A DNA stretch of 64,000 bases, from the NCBI GenBank assembly GCA_041940025.1, contig JBGTSY010000009.1:9110-73109 (forward strand). The letters run 5' to 3'. The position numbers and the translations under genes are program-made. Positions 38,989 to 48,682 of the stretch are shown piece by piece (position 1 is the first letter of the stretch; each line of letters begins with the position of its first letter). Under the pieces are notes generated by a model. That model worked only from the letters and a program-made list of their open reading frames with translations. It had not been told where the DNA came from and did no database searches. This DNA comes from Thiotrichaceae bacterium (GTDB lineage: Bacteria; Pseudomonadota; Gammaproteobacteria; UBA5859).

Positions 38989-41900
38989 TGCGCATTGTGA
39001 TTGATATGCAGGGTGCGCAGACAGCCAGCCGTTTTCGTGGCATTGGCCGTTACACCATGGCTTTTGCTCAGGCTGTGGTACGGAACCGAGGCGAACACGA
39101 AATCATCCTCGCCCTCTCGGGTCTATTTCCTGAAACCATCGAGCCCATTCGCGCCGCCTTCGACGGCCTGCTGCCGCAGGAGAATATCCGCACCTGGCAC
39201 GCGCCCGGTCCGGTGCAGGAGGCGCAACCCGGCAACGATGCCCGGCGCGAGGCGGCGGAACTCATCCGTGAAGCCTTTTTGGCCAACCTCCAGTCCGATG
39301 TCATCCATATCACAAGCCTGTTCGAGGGCTATGTGGACGATGCCGTCACCAGCATTGGCCGATTTGACAGTGCAATGCCGGTGAGCGTCATTCTGTATGA
39401 CCTCATTCCACTGCTGAATCCGGATCACTATTTAAGACCCAATCCACGTTACGAACAGTACTACCTACGCAAGGTCGAGTGCCTCAAGAAGGCGGCGCTG
39501 CATTTGGCGATTTCAGAGTTTTCCGGTCGGGAGGGTATAGACGTCCTCGGTACACCCGACGGTAAAACCATCACCATCTCCACGGCGCTGGATAGTCACT
39601 TCCAAGCCAAAACCATCAGAGACGAAACCGCCAGTGAACTCCGTGCCAGGTTCGGCATCACCAGGCCCTTCGTGCTCTACACCGGTGGTGCGGATGAGCG
39701 CAAGAACCTGCCGCGCCTGATCGAGGCTTACGCCGCGCTGCCAGCAAGCATTCGCGAGACTCATCAGCTGGTTTTTGCAGGTCAGATGCATGAGGTTAAA
39801 ATCGCGCAGTTCAAACACCGTGCCCGTTCAGTGGGGCTCAAGGATGACGAACTCGTTTCCACCGGGTATGTCACTGATGAAGATCTCGTCCAGCTTTATC
39901 ACCTCTGCCAACTCTACGTCTTCCCCTCATGGCACGAGGGCTTCGGTCTACCGGCGCTGGAGGCCATGGCCTGCGGTGCGCCTGTCATCGGGGCCAATAC
40001 CAGCAGCCTACCGGAGGTGATCGGATTCGAAGAGGCGCTCTTCGATCCGTTCGATGTCGAGGCCATCAGCGCCAAGCTCACCCAGGCGTTGGAAGATGAA
40101 GCATTTCGCAATCGCCTGCATGAACATGGCAAGAATCAAGCGGAGAAGTTTTCCTGGGACGATACCGCCAAACGCGCGATTGCAGCGTGGGAGAGCATGC
40201 CAGGCCGGAGTCAGGCAGAGTATCTGGACCGATCACTGGCCCACAACCGGCTTCTCGCAGCGCTCGCAAAACCGCTCGCGCACGCAGGCGAGCCCGAGTT
40301 GGTGGCGGTGTCGCATTGCGTCGCGCAAAACGAACGGGCAGGCATCGAACGCCAGTTACTGCTCGATGTCTCCGAACTGTGCCAGCATGATGCCGCCCAA
40401 CGGTCCGAGGCCATGCTGAATTCCGTTATCAGTAGCCGCTCTTGGCGGATCACTAGGCCGCTGCAAAAACTGATGCAACTGTTCAAATGCTTGTTTAGGC
40501 TTCCCGTTCGAATGGTTGTCGGTATGGTGCGATTGCCCAAAAGGGTCGCCCGGTGGTTTTTGACAAAGCTCATTGCCTTTGTAATGCGGCTTGACGGGCT
40601 CAAGCATCGCGCCCGGCGATGGCTTTATCGCTATCCGAGGCTGGAGGCACATCTGCTTGCCTTCGCCAGGGCGTGCGAGTTGATTCATGATCCAACGCCT
40701 GCCCCGTCACATCCGGCGGAGGCCGAAACCCTCACACCCCGGGCGCGGCAGATCTATGAGGACCTGAAAGCAGCCATTGAGAAAAACAAACAGGAGGCCG
40801 CTTGATGCGCATTGTGATTGATATGCAGGGTGCGCAGACCGAAAGTCGTTTTCGTGGCATTGGCCGTTACACCATGGCTTTTGCTCAGGCTGTGGTGCGG
40901 AATCGCGGCGAACACGAAATCATTCTCGCCCTCTCGGGTTTGTTTCCCGAAACCATCGAGCCCATCCGTGTCGCCGTCGACGGCCTGCTGCCGCAGGAGA
41001 ATATCCGCATCTGGCACGCGCCCGGCCCAGTGCAGGAGGGACAACCCGACAACGATGCCCGGCGCGAGGCGGCGGAACTCATCCGTGAAGCATTTTTGGC
41101 CAGCCTCCAGCCCGATGTTATCCATATCACAAGCCTGTTCGAAGGCTATGTGGACGATGCCGTTACCAGCATTGGCCGATTCGACACTGCAACGCCGGTG
41201 AGCATCATTCTGTATGATCTCATTCCACTGCTGAATCCGGATCACTATCTCAAGCCCAATCCACGTTACGAGCAGTACTACCTGCGCAAGGTCGAATACC
41301 TCAAAAAGGCGGCTCTGCATTTGGCCATCTCCGAGTTTAGCCGTCAGGAGGGCATAGACGCCCTCGGTTCCGCCGACGGTAAAACCATCGCTATCTCCAC
41401 GGCGCTGGATAGCCACTTCCAACCCCAAACCATCAGTGACAAAGCCGCCAGTCAACTCCGCGAAAAATTTGGCATCACCCGACCCTTCGTCCTCTACACC
41501 GGTGGTGCGGATGAGCGCAAGAATCTGCCGCGCCTGATCGAGGCTTACGCCGCGCTGCCCGCCAGCATGCGTAAGGTCCATCAGTTGCTCTTCGCCGGCA
41601 GGATGCCTGAAGGCGATATTGCACGCCTCAAGGATATTGCCCGCACCGCAGGCTTAAAGAGCGACGAACTCCTGTTCACCGGTTACGTCTCTGACGAAGA
41701 TCTGGTCCAGCTCTACAATCTCTGCCAGCTCTACGTCTTCCCCTCGTGGCACGAAGGCTTCGGTCTGCCGGCGCTTGAAGCCATGGCCTGCGGTGCGCCT
41801 GTCGTCGGCGCCAATACCAGCAGCCTGCCGGAGGTGATCGGATGCGAAGAGGCGCTGTTCGACCCGTTCGATGTCGGGGCTATTACCGCCAAGCTCACTC

Positions 41901-42214
41901 GGGCCTTGGAAGATCAAGTATTTCGCAATCGCCTGCGCGACCATGGCCTGAATCAAGCGAAGAAGTTTTGCTGGGACGAAACCGCCAAACGCGCGATTGC
42001 GGCGTGGGAGAGCATGCCAGGCCGGAGTCAAGCAGAGTATCTGGACCGATCACTGGCCCACAACCGGCTTCTCGCAGCGCTCGCAATACCGCTCGCGCAC
42101 GCTGGTGAACCCGAATTGGTGGCGTCGTCGCATTGTGTCGCGCAAAACGAAAGCACTGGCATCGAGCGCCAGTTATTTCTTGATGTTTCCGAACTGTGCC
42201 AGCATGACGCCGCC
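38575..42214 (+). repeat. Tandem duplication of about 1.82 kb (38575-40397 and 40398-42214)
   Basis: 38914-40397 aligns with 40731-42214 at a constant 1817-bp offset with high identity. The leading ~335 bp of each unit is more diverged but shares the SEAML-SVISS-SWRIT motif. Confidence 0.9.
38985..40805 (+). CDS. GT4 glycosyltransferase fused to a methyltransferase-type C-terminal tail (chimeric)
   Basis: 'RIVIDMQGAQT..RFRGIGRY' and 'FVFPSWHEGFGLPALEAMACG'-type motifs. The C-terminus 'QRSEAMLNSVISSRSWRIT...LTPRARQIYEDLKAAIEKNKQEAA' parallels the upstream methyltransferase tail. Confidence 0.9.
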   Translation: MMRIVIDMQGAQTASRFRGIGRYTMAFAQAVVRNRGEHEIILALSGLFPETIEPIRAAFDGLLPQENIRTWHAPGPVQEAQPGNDARREAAELIREAFLANLQSDVIHITSLFEGYVDDAVTSIGRFDSAMPVSVILYDLIPLLNPDHYLRPNPRYEQYYLRKVECLKKAALHLAISEFSGREGIDVLGTPDGKTITISTALDSHFQAKTIRDETASELRARFGITRPFVLYTGGADERKNLPRLIEAYAALPASIRETHQLVFAGQMHEVKIAQFKHRARSVGLKDDELVSTGYVTDEDLVQLYHLCQLYVFPSWHEGFGLPALEAMACGAPVIGANTSSLPEVIGFEEALFDPFDVEAISAKLTQALEDEAFRNRLHEHGKNQAEKFSWDDTAKRAIAAWESMPGRSQAEYLDRSLAHNRLLAALAKPLAHAGEPELVAVSHCVAQNERAGIERQLLLDVSELCQHDAAQRSEAMLNSVISSRSWRITRPLQKLMQLFKCLFRLPVRMVVGMVRLPKRVARWFLTKLIAFVMRLDGLKHRARRWLYRYPRLEAHLLAFARACELIHDPTPAPSHPAEAETLTPRARQIYEDLKAAIEKNKQEAA

Positions 42215-44479
42215 ACCGGTGTCCAGCGGGTGGTGCGGAGCTATCTGAGATATTTGTTGCAGTCTCCTCCCGCCGGGTTTCGAGTAGAGCCGGTTTTTGC
42301 GACACGTGAGGAGGGCTATCGTTATGCCCGCCATTTTACCCTGCGTTTCCTGGGCCTGGACGCGAGCGCCGCTGAGGATGCGCCCGTTGTCTGGCACAGA
42401 GGCGATGTTTTTTTCGGCCTCGACATGCAGCACCATGTGCAGTTGGCGCATGTACCTTTCTATCGGCAGCTTATTAACGAAGGTGTTGTGGTCAAATTTC
42501 TTATTCACGACCTGCTCCCAATTCAGCTTGTCGACCTGTTCAAGGACTCGGACGGCAAAGAACTGCACGAGCAGTGGCTGGCCATGATCGCCGCCACCGA
42601 TGGTGCGATTTGTGTTTCCAAGGCCACCGCCGATACTTTCGAAGCCTGGCTCGCTGAGCATGCCGTCCCGCGATCGCCAGACTTTCATACCCGTTGGGTA
42701 CACAACGGGGGTGATATCGATGGCTCCAACCCCTCTCGCGGCCTGCCGGACGATGCACAGGCGGTGCTGCGCACCTTGCGCGAACGCCCCACCTTTTTGT
42801 GCGTCTCCACTATCGAACCGCGCAAGCGGCAACAACAGATCCTCGAAGCAGTTGAACAACTCTGGCAGCACGGTGACGATGTCAATCTGGTGCTCGTCGG
42901 CAGGCAGGGTTGGAAGACCGAATCTCTCGTTGAGCGACTGCGGACCCATCCCGAGAAGGGGCGCCGCCTGTTTTGGCTCGAAGGCATCAGTGACGAATAT
43001 CTGGACAAGGTCTATGCTGCCAGCACCTGCCTGATTGCCGCCAGCCTCAACGAAGGCTTCGGTCTCTCGCTCATAGAGGCAGCACGACACGGAATTCCCA
43101 TCATCGCACGCGATATTCCGGTGTTCCGCGAAGTCGCCGGCGACCATGCCGATTACTTCCAGTGTGAATCCGCACAAGACCTGTCTGACTTCCTTCGCAT
43201 TTGGTTGGAAAAATATCGCGCCGGACAGCACCGGCCCTCCACCGGTATGCCCTGGTCCACATGGCAACAAAGTACCGAGAAGCTCAAGGTGGCTCTGATT
43301 GGGCAAAATTACCCGCGCCGCCAACTGCTGGTGGATATCTCCGAACTGGTGCAACGTGATGCCAGAACGGGCATCCAGCGCGTCGTACGTAATATCCTGA
43401 AGGAGTGGTTGCTCAACCCACCCAATGGTTATCGCGTCGAGCCGGTCTATGCCACGGTGGACCAGCCGTACCGCTACGCGCGCAGCTTTACCGCGAGATT
43501 CCTTGGCATTCCAGCAAATGTTCTACGGGATGAGCCCATAGACTACGCTGCCGGTGATGTCTTTCTAGGACTCGATTTGCAGCCTCAGGTTGTCGCTGCG
43601 AAACGAGCGTTTTATCAGGCATTACGCCGGCAGGGAGTTAGGGTCGAATTCGTTGTCTACGATCTGTTGTGTGTGTTGATGCCGCAGTATTTTGTCCCGG
43701 GGGCAGCAGACGGATTCACACCCTGGTTGGAGGTCGTTGCCGAGAGCGACGGTGCCGTGTGTATCTCGCAATCTGTCGCCGGGGAACTTGACGATTGGGT
43801 CGGCAAGAACAGCCCTGAGAGACAGCGCCCCTTCAATATCGACTGGTTTCATTTGGGGGCAGAGTTCGATCACTCACACCCCACCAAAGGCCTGCCATTA
43901 GATGCGGAGTTTACTCTGGCCCGGCTTCAATCGCGGCCAACCTTCCTTATGGTGGGTACTCTCGAACCACGTAAAGGCCACGCGCAAGTACTCGATGCCT
44001 TCGAACAGCTCTGGCAGTCAGGTGCAGATGTTAATCTGGTCGTCGTGGGTAAGCAGGGTTGGATGGTCGAGCAACTTGTCGGAAGACTCCACGCTCATCC
44101 CGAGCGGGACAAACGTCTCTTCTGGCTCGAAGGCATTAGCGATGAATACTTGGAAAAGGTCTACGCCGCCAGCACCTGCCTCATCGCTGCCTCCTACGGT
44201 GAAGGCTTCGGCCTGCCGCTCATCGAAGCGGCGCAGCACAAATTGCCCATCATCGCCCGGGATATTGCTGTATTCCGCGAGGTGGCGGGAGAGCATGCCT
44301 GGTATTTCGATGCGGCTTTACCTGAGGAACTGGTCCATTCGGTGAAATCCTGGTTGGAACTATATGAACGTGATGCACATCCGAGGTCGGAATCCATGCG
44401 GTGGCTGACGTGGAAGGAAAGCGCCAGTCAGGTATTGAGAAACATCCTTCCGAGTGTTCGTGGGTCGCACACTAGTTGA
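40802..44479 (+). CDS. Three-domain GT4 glycosyltransferase (WbdA-like polymerase candidate)
   Basis: 1225 aa with three EGFG(L/P)-x-EA motifs. Domains 2 and 3 are related ('RQL..D.SEL...DA.TG.QRVVR', 'EPRK', 'LEGISDEYL.KVYAASTCLIAAS'). Confidence 0.9.
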   Translation: MMRIVIDMQGAQTESRFRGIGRYTMAFAQAVVRNRGEHEIILALSGLFPETIEPIRVAVDGLLPQENIRIWHAPGPVQEGQPDNDARREAAELIREAFLASLQPDVIHITSLFEGYVDDAVTSIGRFDTATPVSIILYDLIPLLNPDHYLKPNPRYEQYYLRKVEYLKKAALHLAISEFSRQEGIDALGSADGKTIAISTALDSHFQPQTISDKAASQLREKFGITRPFVLYTGGADERKNLPRLIEAYAALPASMRKVHQLLFAGRMPEGDIARLKDIARTAGLKSDELLFTGYVSDEDLVQLYNLCQLYVFPSWHEGFGLPALEAMACGAPVVGANTSSLPEVIGCEEALFDPFDVGAITAKLTRALEDQVFRNRLRDHGLNQAKKFCWDETAKRAIAAWESMPGRSQAEYLDRSLAHNRLLAALAIPLAHAGEPELVASSHCVAQNESTGIERQLFLDVSELCQHDAATGVQRVVRSYLRYLLQSPPAGFRVEPVFATREEGYRYARHFTLRFLGLDASAAEDAPVVWHRGDVFFGLDMQHHVQLAHVPFYRQLINEGVVVKFLIHDLLPIQLVDLFKDSDGKELHEQWLAMIAATDGAICVSKATADTFEAWLAEHAVPRSPDFHTRWVHNGGDIDGSNPSRGLPDDAQAVLRTLRERPTFLCVSTIEPRKRQQQILEAVEQLWQHGDDVNLVLVGRQGWKTESLVERLRTHPEKGRRLFWLEGISDEYLDKVYAASTCLIAASLNEGFGLSLIEAARHGIPIIARDIPVFREVAGDHADYFQCESAQDLSDFLRIWLEKYRAGQHRPSTGMPWSTWQQSTEKLKVALIGQNYPRRQLLVDISELVQRDARTGIQRVVRNILKEWLLNPPNGYRVEPVYATVDQPYRYARSFTARFLGIPANVLRDEPIDYAAGDVFLGLDLQPQVVAAKRAFYQALRRQGVRVEFVVYDLLCVLMPQYFVPGAADGFTPWLEVVAESDGAVCISQSVAGELDDWVGKNSPERQRPFNIDWFHLGAEFDHSHPTKGLPLDAEFTLARLQSRPTFLMVGTLEPRKGHAQVLDAFEQLWQSGADVNLVVVGKQGWMVEQLVGRLHAHPERDKRLFWLEGISDEYLEKVYAASTCLIAASYGEGFGLPLIEAAQHKLPIIARDIAVFREVAGEHAWYFDAALPEELVHSVKSWLELYERDAHPRSESMRWLTWKESASQVLRNILPSVRGSHTS

Positions 44480-44521
44480 GTCGCAGAAGATTGAACAAGA
44501 TATTAAAGGAGTGAAGTTCAA

Positions 44522-44563
44522 TTGAAACTAATAATTCAGATACCTTGTTTCAACCAAGCGGGT
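44522..44563 (+). pseudogene. 5' stub of a GT2 glycosyltransferase
   Basis: RBS (aaggag), then TTG-start 'MKLIIQIPCFNQAG', a typical GT2 N-terminus (MKLIIQIPC.NE). The sequence then runs into the antisense MMPL gene. Confidence 0.65.
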
Positions 44564-46888
44564 AACAATAAAAAGTCAGCCAATAGTGCTAACACGATCG
44601 TGGTAGCGGTGAGTAAACCAAACAGGTGTAAATTTCTCATCTCGGAAAACATAAAAGTGGCGAATCCTAATGACAAAGCAAGCGTGGTGATCAATATGGC
44701 GCGTCCAGTGGTGTACATTGCCTGCTCTACGGCCCTAGCTGCATCAGCTGTTTCTAAAAAATAGCGGTGGAAATGATGAAGAAAATGCAGTGTATCGTCC
44801 ACTACTAAACCAATAGCTATACTGCCAATAAGTATGGTGAACATATCCAATGGGATCCCAGCAAAACCCATGAAGCTGAAAGCGCACATTATGAGTAGTA
44901 AATTGGGTGCCATGCTAATGAGCCCAGTTTCCACTCGTCCGATCATTAACACCATGAGTCAACTTATGCCTGAAAAGGCAATAAGGTAACTGATAACTGT
45001 AGTTTGCATCACTCCGTGCAAAGTTTTTCCTAACAGAGCCATCATGCCGGTGATGATCACCTGATTGGATTTGGGCAATAGATGTTCTGCATGTTGATGT
45101 ACGTCATCAACGAATCTTGCATATGCATTGGCGTTGCTCCAGGGCAGTTTTAAAGTAACACGGGCACGGGAAAGATTATCATCTGTGAGCGCATGAAGAT
45201 CGCTGCCGCCTGCATTGGCAAATATTAAAAGCTCTTGAGCAATGGTTTTTTGTTTCGAAGGAATCCGGTAAAAGGATTCTCGGTTTTCGTTTAATGCACG
45301 ATGGGTCTCTTTCAGTAGAGTCGCCACACTGAGTGCTTTACTCACTGATAATTCATGCCATTGCTGTTGTTCCATATCTTGTGTGAGTTGGTCGATTGCC
45401 TGCATTTGCGTGGGGTTAGTTAGGCCCCGTTTTTGCCCACATTAATATCGATTTCGAGATTGATCACCCCACCTAACTGTTCATTCACCAAAGAGGTGGC
45501 TTGCCGTACCACATTATGTTCCGGCAACCAAGCTAAGGGATCATGTGAAAAATAGAGTCGTGGTAACCCAGTGGCTGTCACTATGAACACACAAAGCCCA
45601 GCAAGACAGATAGCTCTGGGATAGCTCGTTGCGATCGGCGCGCATCCCTGAAGAATGTTATTCAGTATGTGGCCACTTGCATTAGGGATATGTGTGATGG
45701 CATGCACGGGCAATACAGTGAGCAGCGCAGGTAACAGAGTTAAAGAATAGAAAAGGGCAAACAGAACGCCACAGGCCCCTACTAAGCCCAAATCTGCAAT
45801 TGGTGCTACATCGGTTGCGGTAAAGGAGAGCAGCCCGCAGCAGTGGTTAGGCTAGTGAGTAACACGGGCAGACCCGCATGGCTCAATGCTGCTTCGAGCG
45901 CGGCTGGCCGATCGCCACTATTGTCTATACAACGAAAATACAGAGTTAATATATGAATGCTGTCTGCGACACCGGTCACAAAAATGAAAGTAGGCAAAAT
46001 TTGAGTTGACACCTTAATGGCTATATTCAGAGCCGCCATTAAACCCAAGGTAGTGAGAAGGCTTAGTCCCACAATCACAAGGGGCAACACAGCGCCTGCG
46101 GGTCGGCGAAACATCACAAGTAAAGACAGAGCAATGGTCACTATCGTATTTATCATAGCGCGCGACATATTTGCCTACACCGATTGCCTGAGACTTTCTA
46201 TCATGATGGGAAACCCATCAGCATGACTCTGACACTCTGGCCTGCTAAAATCTTGTGCGATCTGATTAACCTGCCGGCCAGCTTGCTGGATCTGATTCTC
46301 TGAAAGCACTCCCCACTTCTGTTGTGATGCATCGTGGTTTGTATCCAAAGGCGCATAAGTTTGTAATCGCACGTAAAGAGCAGCCACAGAGCCATCTTCA
46401 GAAAGTAGATAGTTGTTAAATAGAGTGTTGTTTTCCGCTTTTTGTCTAATCAAATTGGCCTGTTGTGGTGTATTCGGTAGTCTGGTGAGCAAATCCTCTA
46501 TGATGAGCTCATTTTCTGCACCATAGGTGATGCGTCCATTGACTAGACTGTTCACCTCAGCCACAAATGGCACGTCTTGTTCAAGGCGGTGATGTAATTG
46601 CGATAGTCGTTTTAGGTTAATTGGCGTGAATAATTCATTGCAAACGACTGCCAACACCATTTGTTCGTCGCGACCAAATTGTTCGCGAAAGGATTCATAA
46701 GCCAACAGAGCGGGATCTTCGTTTTTTAGGAAGCCTTCAGTTGAAGTGTCCAATCGCAACTTTGGTAGTTGTGAGGCTAAGAAGGCAGCGCATAGTAGTG
46801 GTAATAGGAGATACAGCTTTGGTCTCGCAACTATGTGGGTACTATAGGTAGAGAACTGCTGTGCAACCCAATGACGCCAATCCATCAT
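44536..46888 (-). pseudogene. MMPL/RND-family transporter, fragmented
   Basis: Five fragments. In-frame TAG at 46175-46177, frameshifts near 45835 and 45420, in-frame TGA at 44959-44961. MMPL motifs 'GVADSIHIL' and 'GLVVDDTLHFLHHF'. Confidence 0.9.
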
Positions 46889-47108
46889 ATTTTCTCCGAG
46901 GGAGATGTAGTAGAAGTTTTACACCAACCACAATTGGGAACGGCACTATATTATCAGTATATTCAATTCAGAAACATGTGGTGCAGATAAAAACTCATTT
47001 GTCAGTTAGTAACTCTATTAAGAAAGATAGACAAACTTCGGCTAAGATCGCACCTTTACTAGAAAAAACAGGTAGAATATTTAGCTTGGCATATCAAGGG
47101 GCGGTTTA

Positions 47109-47960
47109 GTGGCAGTATATCTTTGGTCTGACATCCATGTGGACTTTGCTGAGAATTTAGAGACGATAGAGTCCTTAGAAGGGGCGGGCTATGAGCAGGA
47201 CAGTGTTATCATTGCTGGAGACGTCACCCACGATACACAATTGCTGAAACGTTGCTTGTTATCATTAAATACTTCTTTTAAGCATGTGTTTTTTACCCCA
47301 GGCAATCACGATCTCTGGTTGTACAAAAAAGATTTTCCCTGTTCTGTGTCTAAGCTGAAGTATCTTTTTCGCATGTGTGAAGATATTGAGGTATTCACAA
47401 TAGCGAAATTGCTAACCAATGAAGTAGAGCCGGTGTGGGTTGTGCCACTACACAGTTGGTACTGTAAACCGGAGTGGGGGGAGGAGAGTTTATATATTCC
47501 TAAACAAGATGAAGATCCTGAGCTAAAAATGTGGGCAGATAACGTCCGTGTCAATTGGGATACCCTCACAAATGGCATGACCCCGGACAAATATATGTTG
47601 CGCTTAAATGAACGAAGCCTCACACGGGCCTATTCGCATCAGATCATTAGTTTTAGTCATTTTCTACCGAATCGCGATATTATATTTCCTGATAATAAAG
47701 CGAAAAATTTTATTCCTAGATATGCGCAAGACCCTTTCCCGCAATTTAATTTTACAAGAGTTGCCGGCACCAGTGAGCTGCAAAAACAATTGTCGATAAT
47801 CAAACCGACCCTCCATGCATTTGGTCATCAACATAGGAATAAATCCGTTGCACTACAAGACATACACTACGTGTCTCATTGTATGGGATACCCCACTGAG
47901 GAGTCCGTGGGACCAACCGGCAACAAAAGATTGCCATTGAAAATATGGCCGATGGAATAG
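47109..47960 (+). CDS. Calcineurin-like metallophosphoesterase
   Basis: 'SDIH', 'AGDV', 'PGNHD', 'SHFLP', 'FGHQH' metal-binding motifs. Confidence 0.88.
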   Translation: MAVYLWSDIHVDFAENLETIESLEGAGYEQDSVIIAGDVTHDTQLLKRCLLSLNTSFKHVFFTPGNHDLWLYKKDFPCSVSKLKYLFRMCEDIEVFTIAKLLTNEVEPVWVVPLHSWYCKPEWGEESLYIPKQDEDPELKMWADNVRVNWDTLTNGMTPDKYMLRLNERSLTRAYSHQIISFSHFLPNRDIIFPDNKAKNFIPRYAQDPFPQFNFTRVAGTSELQKQLSIIKPTLHAFGHQHRNKSVALQDIHYVSHCMGYPTEESVGPTGNKRLPLKIWPME

Positions 47961-48086
47961 TGGTTTTTATGAATGCTCGGATGACAGGTACATCGTTTTT
48001 TTACAACACGATTAAATGAACTATTAACTTCGTACTTAGGAATAGAGGCCGTTCGTCATTTGCCACGATTAGAATTAGCCTTAATT

Positions 48087-48533
48087 TTAACCTGGCCAAT
48101 AAAACATCGCTTTTGCCAGTACTACAATGAAGAACATGTGAACAAACACACTAAGGTGGGTGAACTTAAATCGAGTGGAGGACATGCAGCCACTTTCGGC
48201 AGAGAGCATGGCCGTCACAAAATGCACTAAAACGCTCAGTGCTAATAGTATTTTAATCCCAAGTAAAATATGGAAAGTGGATGAGAAGACTTGCGAAAGA
48301 TCCATGCCTCGCACCTGCCAATGGGTGAGAGCCAGACCGGATAAAAAGAGTGTTGCCACCACCCATGGCATCACCCGCTTTGCTCGGGAGATAATACCTT
48401 CCTCGACTAGTGGCATTAATTCCGGCCCAATCTTATTGCGTACACCTTCTAAAATAATAACTTCAAAGAACACCACACCGATAAAAAGCACCGCACATAA
48501 TAGATGAATAATATGAACGGTTCCGTAGTTCAT
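48087..48533 (-). CDS. Small membrane protein (CopD-like)
   Basis: Four TM helices with His residues, 'HLLCAVLFIGVVFFEV' and 'KILLALSVLVHF'. Confidence 0.65.
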   Translation of the reverse strand: MNYGTVHIIHLLCAVLFIGVVFFEVIILEGVRNKIGPELMPLVEEGIISRAKRVMPWVVATLFLSGLALTHWQVRGMDLSQVFSSTFHILLGIKILLALSVLVHFVTAMLSAESGCMSSTRFKFTHLSVFVHMFFIVVLAKAMFYWPG

Positions 48534-48682
48534 TTAAGGTTTTGGCATTTCAAGTTTTTCACGGTCTTTACTGACTAGTCCGCTCAACTCACATAAGAAT
48601 CAAGACAGCAATGCTACGCCCATGTTCCGGGAGTATCGCACTAGACAGTACTCTGGTGATATACCTCATGCCCAATATGATT

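Noticed and set aside
36392-43354. Long antisense ORFs (36392-37117, 40754-41581, 42173-43354 and others)
   Set aside because: They are shadows of GC-rich sense genes with strong family motifs and carry no motifs of their own.
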